Positions 24,811-37,119 of a DNA stretch of 64,000 nucleotides are shown one piece after another. The stretch is from the human T2T-CHM13v2.0 reference genome, Homo sapiens. Position 1 is the first letter of the stretch. Every line of letters begins with the position of its first letter. Location: NCBI RefSeq assembly GCF_009914755.1, contig NC_060937.1. One strand, 5' to 3'. Made by a program: the position numbers and the translations under genes. The notes beneath the pieces were generated by a model. That model saw only the letters and a list, made by a program, of their open reading frames with translations, made no database searches and was not told where the DNA came from.

Positions 24811-27131
24811 CTAGAAGAAGGGTGAGTTGGCTCAGTATGGAAGCTGTTTATTTGTTTTGAGGTCCTGCTAACATTTGAAGGCAAAGAGAAGGCCTGACAT
24901 TTGCTGTGGGCTTGGGCTTCATAAATGCCCGTCAAAGAATGGTCTATGCAAAGGCAGTGATTTCACATATGTCTGAATGTGGATTTATACATTTTTTTCT
25001 AGTTGGTGTGTGTCAGGTGTAGAATCCCTACATTCTGTTTGCTCTATAAGGTAGTATTTTTAACAGTGATTTAAACATTTTAAACTATTGATTTTTCATC
25101 ATAGTTTTTGCTCCAGTAGAAATTAGGAATTGATCAATTCTTTTTAACTTCAGGTGTGCAAAGCAATTGGCTGATTAAACCTACAAATATAGTAGAACCC
25201 TTATGTTATTTTCTGGATGAGAACTAAATGTTAAAATTTGAGAAAGGTGAGGACAAAATTCTTTATGGATCTTGGTTAGGGGTTTCAAATGTCAATCAAG
25301 ATATAAATGAGATGAATGCCTTGTGGAATTAATTATTTTTATGACTGTGTTATGATATGAAAATGTTATGATAGGGAAAAATGCAAGAAACTGTTACCCC
25401 TGTAGGAATATTGACTTTGTAGCCTTGGTTAGAAGACAGGCTCTGATGGAAAAATTTGCTATGATGGATTGTGCCATGGAGACTTGACTCTCTCTACATT
25501 TATGGCACTGAAGCCACCTCTGTGGTGTGCAGTGTGGACGCATGCCACGTCTCTCAGACGAAGCACACCTGGCAGTGGGCAGGCCCTGGCTGTGCCCTGC
25601 TGCTGTGGCCTGCCCCTTCTTCCTCTAGTAGGGCGGGGACCCTCTAACCAGGCAGCTTTGGACTAGACCAGTGCTATTCGAAGAATGATCTGGAGACAGT
25701 GACCAGGAGTCCTTTGTGGACCTGGGGACCTAACATTAGGAATGATAAGTCCAGAAACTGAGCATTTAGAAACTTGTAAAGAAATTTGATGTTGCCATGT
25801 GAAGTAAAAATGTGGTCTGTTTTAGCAATTCATTTATTTTGTAGTTTTTAATAGTGTTGGTCTACAATAGATTAGGAAAAACAAAACCAAACAAGAAACC
25901 AACCAACCTCCTCCAAATCTGGTTCTTTTCCTCCAAATACTCAGAGAAGCACAAGAATAGACTGTTTACACCCTGGAGAGTCTTGCACAGTCTGTTTCCA
26001 GCTCATGCACCGTGAAGGCTGCTATGAGAGTAATAAACTGTGTTTCTTTCAAGGGAGGTGATGAAAATTGGAGAAGGTGGTGAGGATGCTTGATTGAAGT
26101 GAGTCCACAGCAGGCTTCACAGGGACTGTGGAGGCCTCTGCCAGGTGCATGTCCAGCCCCCTCAGCTTCTTTGTGGACATCCTGGGCCCTTCAGGGCTCT
26201 CTCGGGGTAAGGCGTGAGACCAGATCCTCACATAACTTCCAAGAGAACTGAAACCAGGACAGGGATGCAACACACTCAACTGTTCACTCTCCAGAACGAT
26301 TTTCAGCATTTCAGGTGGAACTGAAATCTCTCGGACTCTGAGGCCTGCTCTCTTGTAACCTCTAACTTAAGTGCTAAAAGGTATACTAAATGCATTTTCA
26401 GTTTTGTTGCTATATTTGCAAGTTTCTGAAACTCTGCCTATAGTTCATAATTGTAGATAAAGAAGTAAAAAAGAAGAAAGCATTTGTTCTGTTGAAGGTA
26501 AAATATGCCCACATGTCATATGCAAAATGACATTGATGTGAGAGCCATTTCCTCTCATTTACATAAGACAAAGTTCCTTCCATGCCAAACTTCTCTAGAA
26601 ACAATATCTGGAAAAGCACAGGTGAAGGAGAGGTATGACAGAAGAATCCCAAACTGGATACTGAACGCAGAACTTGTTGCCCTTGTCTAGCAAGTTCAGA
26701 TTGCCATAAGGAAGTCACCATGAGTGGTAGGTTAAATGGCCATTGCTACATTAAACTTTCTCTTAATATCACTTCAAACATTTAAAAATATATATTAGAA
26801 GAAATGCTACCATTTTCAATTAATTCTATTTTACTGGTTTCTCTTTCTGTTAATATAAATATGCATAGCTCTTTTCTTCAAATACAAAGCTGTTGGAAAT
26901 TTCTAGGAACTAATTATCAAGAGGAAGAAGAATATTAACAATATACCTTGAAGTTTGTATTTCTTTTAGTCATAGCATTTTTAGATATTCATTTAAACAT
27001 GAAAAATATTGGAACAATCTTGTTTTACCAACAAAACAACAGATTCCTAGATATAATTTTTATTTAGTCAGGCTTCTCATTTTTTTCAGTCCTCAATTCT
27101 TTTTTCTTCTATTGTCTAAAGGACATCTTAC

Positions 27132-27381
27132 CATGCTGCATCCCTGTTGTCTTCAGTAAGGATGGCACCAAGTTCAAGAGACTGAAGAAGAGACCTGGAG
27201 CCAGTGAATGAGACATAGAGTTTACTGAGGGGACTTACATACAGGGCAGCCCACTGGTAGGAGGCTGGACAGCAGAAGTGCTACCATTTATAAAAAGCAT
27301 GCAGTTTATACAGACTAGGTGAGTCTGCATGCTCAGGGTATGCTTAAATTAAGTTATTCCTGTCAGGTTTGTCTACCGTAC
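27132..27381 (-). mobile_element. 3' LTR of an ERVL provirus (LTR47-like)
   Basis: Homologous to 29876-30118; minus strand begins GTACGGTAGACAAACCTGACAGGAATAACTT..AAGCATACCCTGAG and is preceded by polypurine tract GGGGAGGAGGG. Confidence 0.75.
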
Positions 27382-28210
27382 CCTCCTCCCCAGCAGACCC
27401 TGGAATGCCGCTCACATTCTCACCGTGTCATTCCTCCACGATTTCCCTGGGCCAGGTATGGGGGGGAACATTGCAGCCAGATCTCATAGCAGCAACACAA
27501 ATTACAACAAAACAGAATAACAAATACAATAACAGTCATAACGTTTTCCCAAGTGCTTGGGAGTTGACCTTACATGCTCAGTGGCAGGCCTACGGTGGAG
27601 AGGACAGCTCTTCGCACACCCAACAGTCTGGATGTTTTCTGGAGAGATGCCACCATCTGCACCCAGTTGGCAAAGAGGTTTGCTGCACACCATCCAACAA
27701 GATGACACCCAGGTATTTGATTGATAAGCCTGGCCCCTGGACTTTGTGTTGACCACCCATCCTCTGTTCTCCAAGTGAGACAGCAAGGTGATTGTTGCAG
27801 TTTGTAAGCTGGAAAAACACTCGAAGTTAATGGAAAACATGTACCCTCCCCCTCTGGGATGATATTTCCAGGGGAAGATGGTAAAGGCCCGTTGTTCTTA
27901 TGTTTGAGGGAGCGAAAATATTTTGCATATTACCAAGTGACTAGTGTCACACCCAGTGGGTCACGCTGCTGGCCCTTTGGTTGCCCCCTTTCCTTTGGCG
28001 CCCTTGACTTTCATCCTTGTAGCATGTACCCCTTGCCCATGCAGTTTCTTCATGTCTCCTAAGTCAGTGGCTGCTCGGGCCACTGGAGACACTGGCTGTC
28101 CTGCCTAAGGGTTCAGGAGAGACACTAGCACACCATACCACTGACTGGATGCTGGCTCTAATCTTTCATGCCGCCAGTGAACAAAAGCTGATTTTTGGAA
28201 ACTAGATAGT

Positions 28211-28390
28211 GCTCAGCGTAGATAGCATGCTTCCTTCTTAATTCCCAGAGGATGTCTGGCACTTTCGTCATAGTCTGGCGTTGCAGAGGAGATGTGGGGA
28301 TGTCTGCTCAGCATAGACAGTATACTTCATTCTTAATTCCCAGAGGATGTCTGGCATTTTCGTCGTAGGCTGGCATTGCAGAGGAGACGG
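28211..28390. repeat. 95-bp tandem duplication
   Basis: GCTCAGC...TTCTTAATTCCCAGAGGATGTCTGGCA...TTGCAGAGGAGA at 28211 and 28306. Confidence 0.9.
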
Positions 28391-28636
28391 GGTGGGGGTG
28401 GTGTCTCACTCATTTGGCCAGTTCCCCTTGCAGCCACAACCACCCAGCTACCATAGGTATGGCTCAATCCTCATTACTGGAGCTGCAGCGGTGCTGCCTC
28501 AGGACCGGGTGGCTTGTGGTGGACACCATTCCACTCACCTCAAATGCAGAGATACAGCACCTCATGTCCCCTAGTGGTAGAAGCCACCCGTGATCAGCTC
28601 TCCCCCTTCCTCCTGAAACTATCTCCCAGCTCCACC

Positions 28637-28818
28637 AGTTCCACAGTGGTGCCACCCTGCGCTGTGTCATGCTGCCATCTTTCAGGCAGGGGAGACAGTT
28701 CCACAGTGGTGCTCCCTTGTGCTGTGTCATGCTGCCATCTTTCAGGCAGGGGAGAGAGTTCCATAGTGGTGCCGCCCTGTGCTGTGTCGTGCTGCCATCT
28801 TTCAGGCAGGGGAGAGTT
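28637..28818. repeat. 60-bp tandem repeat, 3 copies
   Basis: AGTTCCACAGTGGTGC...GCTGTGTCATGCTGCCATCTTTCAGGCAGGGGAGA with 60-bp period. Confidence 0.95.
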
Positions 28819-29381
28819 TTGTGGGTCTACTCCCTGAGGGAGTGATTGGCCTGCCTTTATCTTGGTGGTGACCACTAGATGTGCATCGGGGGCTGGGAAC
28901 CTCTATGGACTTATCTCAGTCCTTGTCCTCACTCTCCTCCCAGCGGGGCTCTCCATGGGGCCCTAGGACTTAGGGCCCCAGGATGATTGGGTCATGATAG
29001 CCCTGACTAGTAGATGTGGCAGTCAGCGACCCTTCAAATGGGCTACCCAATGATCCAGGGTCTCCATTTTGCCACCCTGTTCTCACAGGCAGGACAGTAA
29101 GTCTCTGATGTTTCAACCTGAGATAATCTTGTATCTCTTTCTGGTCATAAATTGTCTTGTACTTGATGCACCTTTGCCTGTGCTGTGAGCTGAGCCTCAG
29201 TGTCTGTTTGGAGTGTAGTCAGGAGCAGCCACCCGTTGTGGCTGCCAAAACTTGGGCATCTAACCTTGCTTAGATAGATATGCCCCCTGCCACAGCTCTT
29301 CCAGACCTCTCAGCATTTTCAGGGGGTTATCATACTCACTCATTTGGCTTCATCCATTAAGGATAGTGGCTATAAGGCCCA

Positions 29382-29820
29382 CATAGACATGGACAGCCAG
29401 CCCAGGGTCTCTCCCATGGATGTCCCCTTCCCTGATCATAGGCATGGACAGCTGGCCCAGGTTTTCCTCCGTGGATCTCCCTTTCCTGATCACAGGCATG
29501 GACAGCCAGCCCAGGGTCTCCCCCGCGGATCTCCCCTTCCCTGATCATAGGCATGGACAGCCGGCCCAGGGTCTCCCCCATGGATCTCCCATTCCCTGAT
29601 CATAGGCATGGACAGCCAGCCCAAGGTCTCCCCCGCGGATCTCCCCTTCCCTGATCATAGGCATGGACAGCCGGCCCAGGGTCTCCCCCATGGATCTCCC
29701 ATTCCCTGATCATAGGCATGGACAGCCAGCCCAGGGTCTCCCCCGCGGATTTCCCCTTCCCTGATCATAGGCATGGACAGCCGGCCCAGGGTCTCCCCCG
29801 TGGATCTCCCCTTCCCTGAT
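29382..29820. repeat. 55-bp minisatellite, 8 copies, with 110-bp dimeric structure
   Basis: GCATGGACAG recurs at 29496, 29551, 29606, 29661, 29716, 29771; alternating variants. Confidence 0.96.
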
Positions 29821-29875
29821 GCTATCATCTTGGTATTCACGGGGTTTGCTCTGACTTACTGGCTTCCTCACCAGT

Positions 29876-30118
29876 TGTGCTGGATCCTTATTGGCTTTGG
29901 TAGGGATGGCACCAGGTTCAAGAGGCTGAAGAAAAGACCTGGAGCCAGTGAACTGGATACGGGGTTTATTAAGGAAACTTTCATACAGGGCCATTGAGCG
30001 GTGGCAGGCTGGACAGGAGGAGCACTGTCATTTGTCAAAAGCATGCAGTTTACACAGATCTGGTGCAGGTACATTCTCAGGCTTTGCTTAAGTGATTTCC
30101 ACAGGTGCATCTGCTACA
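29876..30118 (-). mobile_element. 5' LTR of an ERVL provirus (LTR47-like)
   Basis: Minus strand TGTAGCAGATGCACCTG...CTTAAGCA..CCTGAGAATG ... GGATCCAGCACA; shares GGATGGCACCA..TTCAAGAG.CTGAAGAA.AGACCTGGAGCCAGTGAA with 27132-27381. Confidence 0.78.
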
Positions 30119-31411
30119 CATATCTCCACTTCATCATAAAAGCAGAATTGTGTTCCCCTGTCCTTTTCCCAGCTTTTTCATATATGTAAGTCGTGACATA
30201 AAATGCAAACTCTGGTCATTTTTATCCTTTTTCTGCACTTTTCCACTTATGGCTGGCTTGTCTTCAAGTCTGTTTCTTCTTCTTTCTTATGTTCAGATAT
30301 TTCCATTTACTTACTCTCTCATCGAAGTGCCCTAGAAATGGGGCCAGTAGTGGCTTCTGCACATAGCACTGAGGTTATCTTTCTAAATTCTTCCTCTGTA
30401 CTATCCTCCATAACAGCACATTAGCTTCCATTTGGGTCAAATTAACCTCAACTTATGAACTTTAATATCCACCATCATTATATCCTCTTGTTTCATTAGG
30501 CACCATCTAAACCAAGTACTTTCGAAGTAATAAACATAAAAAGTTAAAAAACTTGGAACACAGTTTTTACTATGACTATTTCGATTTAGATTCTATTATT
30601 TATGCTCATGTGAATGCCTTCTAGTAAGTTTGGCCTTCTTGAATGCAGTCATAGCTTGCACACGTATGGAATTGCTGGGTCGTGTTTTATTTTGTGTGTG
30701 TTTTCCTTGCAGTTATCCAATGGGTCCTGAGAGAGTGTGTTGGAGTCTGAACTGCCATTCTCAGCAAGTGTCTGACCCTTAACCCTGAGCCAGGCAGAGT
30801 CCGGGGACTAAGGTTCCATGCAGGAATGGAGTGGGGTGGCCCATCTCATGGAGGAGGAGATGAGACATAGGCAACAAGATGTGGTTAAAGACGGACAGGG
30901 GGTCAGAAATCAAAGAAAAAGAGAAAATCAAGTATCATCATCTCTCAAGGGTCGGGGTACCAGAAAGAAAGCCAACTTGAAGCAATGAGTATTTATTGCC
31001 AGTTATAACTACAGATAGCTGAGTGGGGAGAGAAGCGTTGGAAGCAAAATAGAAGAAGAAACCCAGAAATGTCCAGGTGTGCGAAAACAAGTGCCGGCAG
31101 TCGCATTAAGAGGTTACTGGGGCCTTGACCGTGGTCAGGGAGAGAAATGGCATCAAGGCAGCTTAGAGACGCGCTGCTGGGAATTTCAGTTTGGCTTTCC
31201 TGGTAATATTAGTACCTGGATTTTAACGAATACGTGTGCACTTGGCACTGGGCTGATATTTATTCAAGGGCCTTAATTGATGCTAAGAAACATAATTTTA
31301 AAAACCACTGTTTTCTTTATATTTAATGATTTTAGTAGTAGTTATGATACCAGTAAAATATTAATGTTTATTCAGCTCTCCTTTGTGCTGGCATATCCAG
31401 GTTTTCATCCA

Positions 31412-31810
31412 CTGTGGCTGACTGAAAAGCATGGCCATGCTATTTTGTAGCTTTCCTATCAGGGCATGATCTATTTCTCCACCCCTTCACTCTGGGCTGA
31501 ACTTGTGATTTGCGGTGACTAACAGAATGCGGTGAAAGACCCCCAAGAGGCCTTGCCTCTTCTGCCTTCACTTTCCTGGGACGTTGCTGCCTTCATGAGA
31601 GGAAGTCAATGATCCTCTTTGAGATTGAAAGACGACCTGGAAAGGAGGAGCTCTTGCGGTTCACCCAGCTGAGCTCAGCCTAATCCAACACAGCTGAACC
31701 CATGCAAGATCAGCAAAAGCACCTCTTGGCCCACCCAGAGAGCTGTGAGAAATGTAAGTCAGTCCGATTTGGGGTACCTTGTCTGGCAGTATTGAATAAC
31801 TAATGAACCT
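31412..31810 (+). mobile_element. MLT1 LTR (F/G/H-like)
   Basis: CTATTTCTCCACCCCTT..TCTGGGCTG..CTTGTGA..TGC..TGACTAACAGAATG; 3' end AATAACTAAT. Confidence 0.6.
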
Positions 31811-32149
31811 TCAATTTTAACAAGCCTGCCCTTTGGCACACACACTCACCCGCACACTGATTCAAACAACAAACTATGCGAGGCCCAGGACGTGACCAGG
31901 TGGCATGTCAGTAAATACCTGTTTCCAGGCCCTTTACGAACTTTTCAATACTCACTAGAGCTGCACAAAAATTGTGCTATTGCTGCATAAAGATTGGCTA
32001 TGACCGTTTTTTGTGGAGAGACAATTTCACATCTTGAAAAGATATAGTTTTTACCCAAATCTGGGATTCCACACCCAAGACATGGCTGCTCAGAAACAAT
32101 TGTGCTGAAGAGATTGATTGCCTCTTGGTTGTTGTAGGCTCAGGGGAGG

Positions 32150-32290
32150 AAAGATCTGGGTTTGAATCACTGGCCCTACAATTAACAAGATTTGTGGCAT
32201 GGGAAAAATGCCTGACTTTCTAAATCTTCATTGCACCTCTGTAAATGGAGGCAAATAACATTAATCAATCTAGGTTATTTTGAAATACAT
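32150..32290. mobile_element. MIR fragment
   Basis: CTGGGTTTGAATC...CTCTGTAAATGGAG. Confidence 0.55.
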
Positions 32291-32499
32291 AGTAAAATCA
32301 CTCAATCTAGTGCCTACCACATACCAATTTTCAAAAACTGTAGTTTTCCTCCCCTGGTACAGTGCTTCTGTAACTGTTGTACCATTACAATCTGCACCAA
32401 AAGCAATTGGAGTTTGTTTAAAATGTGGGTATCCAGGCCCACCACACAGTGGTCAGTTATATTACTTTTATAATCCATTTTTCTTGATTATATTATTTT

Positions 32500-33482
32500 A
32501 AAATATATGTGACACCAACTAGAATGGCTAAGATGGAAAATACAGACAGTATTAATTGTTGGCTAGGATGTGGAGCAGTTGGGACTCTCCTACTCTGCTC
32601 CTGGGGGTGTGCACTGCTGTATTTACTAAAGCTGGGCATAACTGAACCCAAGAATTCCAATCCTAGGCATATTCCCAATGGAAATGTGTGCATGTGATCA
32701 CCAAAAGATAGATATTATTAAAATGTTTATAGCAGCACTCTTTGCAATAGCTCCCAACTGGAAACTACTAGGTGCCCATCAACAGCAGAGTGGACTTTTT
32801 TTGAAGCTGGGATACAATGCAGCAATGAGCATGAACAAACGACCACACACTGCAGCACAGGTGCATCTCACAAATGCCATGTTGTAGACAAGAAGCACAT
32901 ACAACAGTACATACTGTACAATTACATTGACTTAAGCTTAAGAAATGGTAAAACTGGCTGGGTGTGGTGGCTCATGCCTGTAATCCCAGCACTTTGGGAG
33001 GCCGAGGTGGGCAGATCACGAGGTCAGGAGCTCGAGACCAGCCTGGCCAACATAGTGAAACCCCGTCTCTACTAAAACTACAAGAAAATTAACCGAGTGT
33101 GGTGGTACGTGCCTGTAGTCCCAACTACTCGGGAGGCTGAGGTGGGAATTGCTTGAACTCGGGAGGCAGAGTTTGCAGTGAGCCGAGATCACGCCACTGA
33201 ACTCCATCCTGTTGACAGAGTGAGACTCCATCTTAAAAAAAAAAAAAGGAACTGGTAAAACAATACTATGGTCTTAGAGGCTCAGAGTAGTAGCTACCCC
33301 TGTTTGGGTTAGTGACGGGAAGGGCACCAGGAAGGTTTTGGGGGTGCAGTAATGCTCTCTGTTTCTTGATCCAGGTGCTGACTAGATGGCTGTGTTTGTT
33401 TTGTGCAAGTTTGTTGAGCTGTACCACTTATAATCCGTCCACATCTCTGGATGCATATTATACTAAGTAAAAAGTTTACGTT
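32500..33482 (+). mobile_element. L1M 3' fragment interrupted by an Alu
   Basis: CACCAACTAGAATGGCTAA...AATGTTTATAGCAGCACT..AACTGGAAAC and L1ME-type 3' UTR after the Alu. Confidence 0.75.
32956..33247 (+). mobile_element. AluS (Sg/Sc-like)
   Basis: Full dimer with poly-A; flanking TGGTAAAAC repeats. Confidence 0.93.
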
Positions 33483-33614
33483 CATAAAATAAACCATGGG
33501 ACATAAAGGATACGTTTTTGCAAACTTCCTTTATGTCTCTCTAAATTCTCCCCTGCGTTCCTCTCTTCAACATGAATGTTTGGAGAACTAAGAGAAAGAA
33601 ACACAAACCCTGAC

Positions 33615-33828
33615 TAACTTGAATTTAGAATTTTTTGACTTACAATAGGTTTATTGGGACGTACCCCATCGTAGGTCAAGGAGTATCTGGACTTACAATG
33701 GTTTACCTTAGGATATTTTGAGTTTATCATGGGTTTATCAAGGTATTAAATGCATTTTGATTTATGATATTTTAGACTTATGATTAGTTTATCAGGCTGT
33801 AACCCCACTGGAAGTCTAGGAGGACCTG
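33615..33828. mobile_element. MER47/Tigger5-type DNA transposon fragment
   Basis: Two copies of the TIR-like end (GGGACGTACCCCATCGTAGGTCAAGGAGTATCTG and GTAACCCCA...AGTCTAGGAGGACCTG). Confidence 0.65.
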
Positions 33829-36279
33829 CATTCTAATTTTAAAAATATGCAAGCCTGTTTACATATTTATTTTATATTTCTTCACCACATCTACAAAGCA
33901 GACCACAATTAGCTTTGTAAAAAAGGAGATATGGAATCTAAATGTTCCAGGACATAGTTGTGAGAGCTGCAAAGATGAGTCGATTGATTTTGTTCGGGGT
34001 CCTCCTTCTTGCTGATGCTGGCTGACCTTGTTTACTCAGCCTCCATCCTTGGGCCTGGTCAAAGAGTATTGCCGACTAGCCTGCCTCTTCCTCATCTATA
34101 CTGTCATAAGACTATCTCTTTTTTGTCCAGGTACCCCTGTTGCAGTCTTAAAGGTTGTCTTTCAAAAGTTGAAAGACACAAAACTTGATGTGATCTGGCT
34201 GCTCTAACTTGATTCTGTGTTTTTGCAGAAAAACCCTCCCCACCATTCTCGTCTCCCGAAAAGCATTCATTAAGGGTTTGAACGGGATGGAAATAATTAT
34301 TAATCTCACCTATTTGCTCAATGTGTTGCCCAGGCTGCAACTCAAGTCTATGAATGTCTCATCTGCCCATTCACAGCGATTCGAAAACGAGTTTTAAACA
34401 GTAGAACCATTAATTCGGTGACCTTTTAGGCACACAACACCAGCCACCTGGAATCTCTCTGTCAGTTCACAGTGTGTATTTATTTTTTTTTTCTTTTTGC
34501 TCACAAAGCAGAAAAGTTTGCATGAGCTGGCGGGAGTGAGTAGGGGTGAACGGAATCAACATTTGTTGAAGTGTTCATATGTGTTTTAATGACATTGTGT
34601 AAATTATTCTATGTAACCCTCACAGTATCCTGAAGGGAAGATAAAAGCATTTTCATTTTACAAATTAAAAGAATGACCTGTGAGGCAGGCTCACTGTGAG
34701 CGGTGACTGGCATGCCTGAGTCTGTGGAGGGAGAGCACACTCCCAGGCATCAACTCACATGACGCAGATTTGATACTTGTGGATAGGCAGCAAGGAACAA
34801 CAGGAGTTTGTGGGAGCTGCTTCCTCGAGACTCAGAAAGCTGCCGGGGTGGATGGAGCTTTGACTGTGTGTGCCCCCGTTGTGCTGTAGATGAGGGACCC
34901 TGAAAAGCAGCCCACCCTGGGTTTTACACCACGGGGGAACATGATGCAAGGAGCTCCAGAATTGAAGGACGTCCCGTTTCTAGGGGAGGGTGGGAACAGA
35001 GCCTGAGAATTCCAGCCTGCTCACCCTTATCTCAGAGTGTTGCATTCCCAGGACATCTTCCAAGGCCACCTGGAGAGCTGTCCTGCAGTGACACACCTCA
35101 GCTTACCCAGCGTAGAAGTGAGGGGCTCAGATTCAGCATCCGCAGCTATCCCCAAATGCCGTGATTATTATTCCACCATCCAAGGCTCACAGTGAGTTAA
35201 CTGTTTTCTTTCTCCTGTCATTCAGGAGCCCAAGGGTGGTGGCTTCAGCACCCTAGGAAATGTGCCAGCAAGGTCTACAGTATCAGCAACTTTACCTCTC
35301 CCTCCCAAAGCTTTCTGGAGTGCTTAGTAGAAGACAGAGGACTCTAAAGTGTGAATGTGGAATGGAAATCGAGGCCACTGGGAACGGCTGCGTCGAAGAG
35401 TAACTTGGGAACGCATAGGGATTCACAGGATAGATATTGTCTGGATATCAGGGCGAAATGTTAATTAGGGATCAAAATGTCCTTTTAAATTAGCTATGTT
35501 GAAGAGAAAGGAGAAGACCAGGAAACAGAAGAAAGATATATGTTATGTGGTATTTTGGAATAAATATTTATAGAAAACAATGATCTGTTTGTTTAAAAAC
35601 TACCGATCTAAAATGCTGCCCTGTCTCATCCCTTCTTCCTGCTTTATTTTCCTTCTCACTGTTTATTCCCTGACATGTTGTAAACTACACTTATTTATCT
35701 TGCAAATGTTTCCTACTAGAACGTAAGGCCCATGAGGGCGGACGTTTTGCCTCATTCTCTTTGGAACAGTGGACACACAGGGACTTACACAAATATCTGT
35801 TGAATGAATGAATGTACGCTTCACATTTGATGACTTACTAATGTAATGATGTCTGACCAATAGATAAATCTTTTTCCGTATTAACTGATTGGACATGTTC
35901 CTTGAAGCCATCACTGGGGGTCTGCTCTGAAGTTTATGGATCACTCAGGATGGTGGGCTCAGGGCTCAGGTGGGTCCTAGGTTGCCTTGTTAGTATCAGT
36001 CCAAGGTGTCTATCAGAGTTGCTACCAAAAAGACGATTTTCCAAGTCTTCAAAAATGAACTGTTAGGGAGGATTATGCTGGATATTTATATCAATTTCTG
36101 GACACTTTAAAGCTATGAAGACAGATATGAAAATAAAGGTTTTTTTCATTTTAGGGGGCTGAGACAAAAATAGACAATTTGAGGAAAATATAAATGTATC
36201 CATAGAGGTCATTGTTAGCACCTTTCAAAAACTTGTTTTGGTCGCCTAAAAGCATAAAGAATCTACTGTATATGGTAAA

Positions 36280-36810
36280 CCAGTATTCAGGGTCCAGCCA
36301 AGAAAACAGAAACAACACTAATTATTTTAGTACACAGAGATTTAAATGTGGGAAATTGACTAAATAGAATAAAAAGGGGGAACTGAGGTATTGCAGAGAG
36401 TGAAACTGCAGGGGCAGCCACCAGCTGTCTAGGGCTGAGGAACAAAGGAAAGAAGTTGGGGTTACTAGAATCCAGAAGCTGGAGGCGGGGTCCCCAGAGC
36501 TGGGGCTCAGTCCCCCAAGAAGGGGCACTGCCCAGCTGGTGCTCAGGCCTTTGAGAGGCTCATGGGGAGGGTGTCTCCGGGAGCACAAAAAGAAGCCAGG
36601 CATGGGAACTGATGTTATGGCTACTGACCGCTGCTGCCAGGGTGAAGGGCATTGCTGAGCAGCCTGGGTAGATGACAACGCCAGTAGGAACCGGTCCCTT
36701 CTCCCACCACCTGCCTCCCAGGCTCCCTCCGGTGCTCCTGACCCTGGCAGGACCAACCTGGATGCCGTTGACAAGGAGGGAAGCTTGTCAAGTCCTAATT
36801 TCAGCATCTG
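36280..36810. mobile_element. Old LTR (ERVL/ERV1, subfamily unresolved)
   Basis: CAGGGTCCAGCCAAGAAAACAGAAACAACACTA...GATTTAA..GGGAAATTG resembles ends of old mammalian LTRs. Confidence 0.4.
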
Positions 36811-37119
36811 ACCGTGACAAATTCAAAGCTGAGAAACAATAACCAAAGAACCAGAATATATGGTAATCCATTTGTAGCAACATAACTATAGGTTCCTAAA
36901 AATCTTTAGGATGTAACTATCATAACTGAGGAACTAAGTCTTTTTGGGGACAAGTAGAATGGAGTGGAAAGATAAGATCAGAATGACAAAAATTCAAGGA
37001 AACATTAGCATAGGGAGTGTGTGGGATTATTTTTTTTAAATTTACATTTGGTAAAATAAAATGAAACAGGTTGTAAATTACAAATAATGGAGACCATATA
37101 ATAACACATTTCTACATAT

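Larger units (their letters stand above)
27382..29875 (-). mobile_element. Internally deleted ERVL internal region with RT remnant
   Basis: Lies between two direct LTRs; 27700-27790 minus strand reads LLSHLENRGWVVN (frameshift) KVQGPGLSIKYLGVIL, like ERVL RT RGWEINPxKIQGPxTSVKFLG; TGG start of a decayed PBS next to the 5' LTR. Confidence 0.72.
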
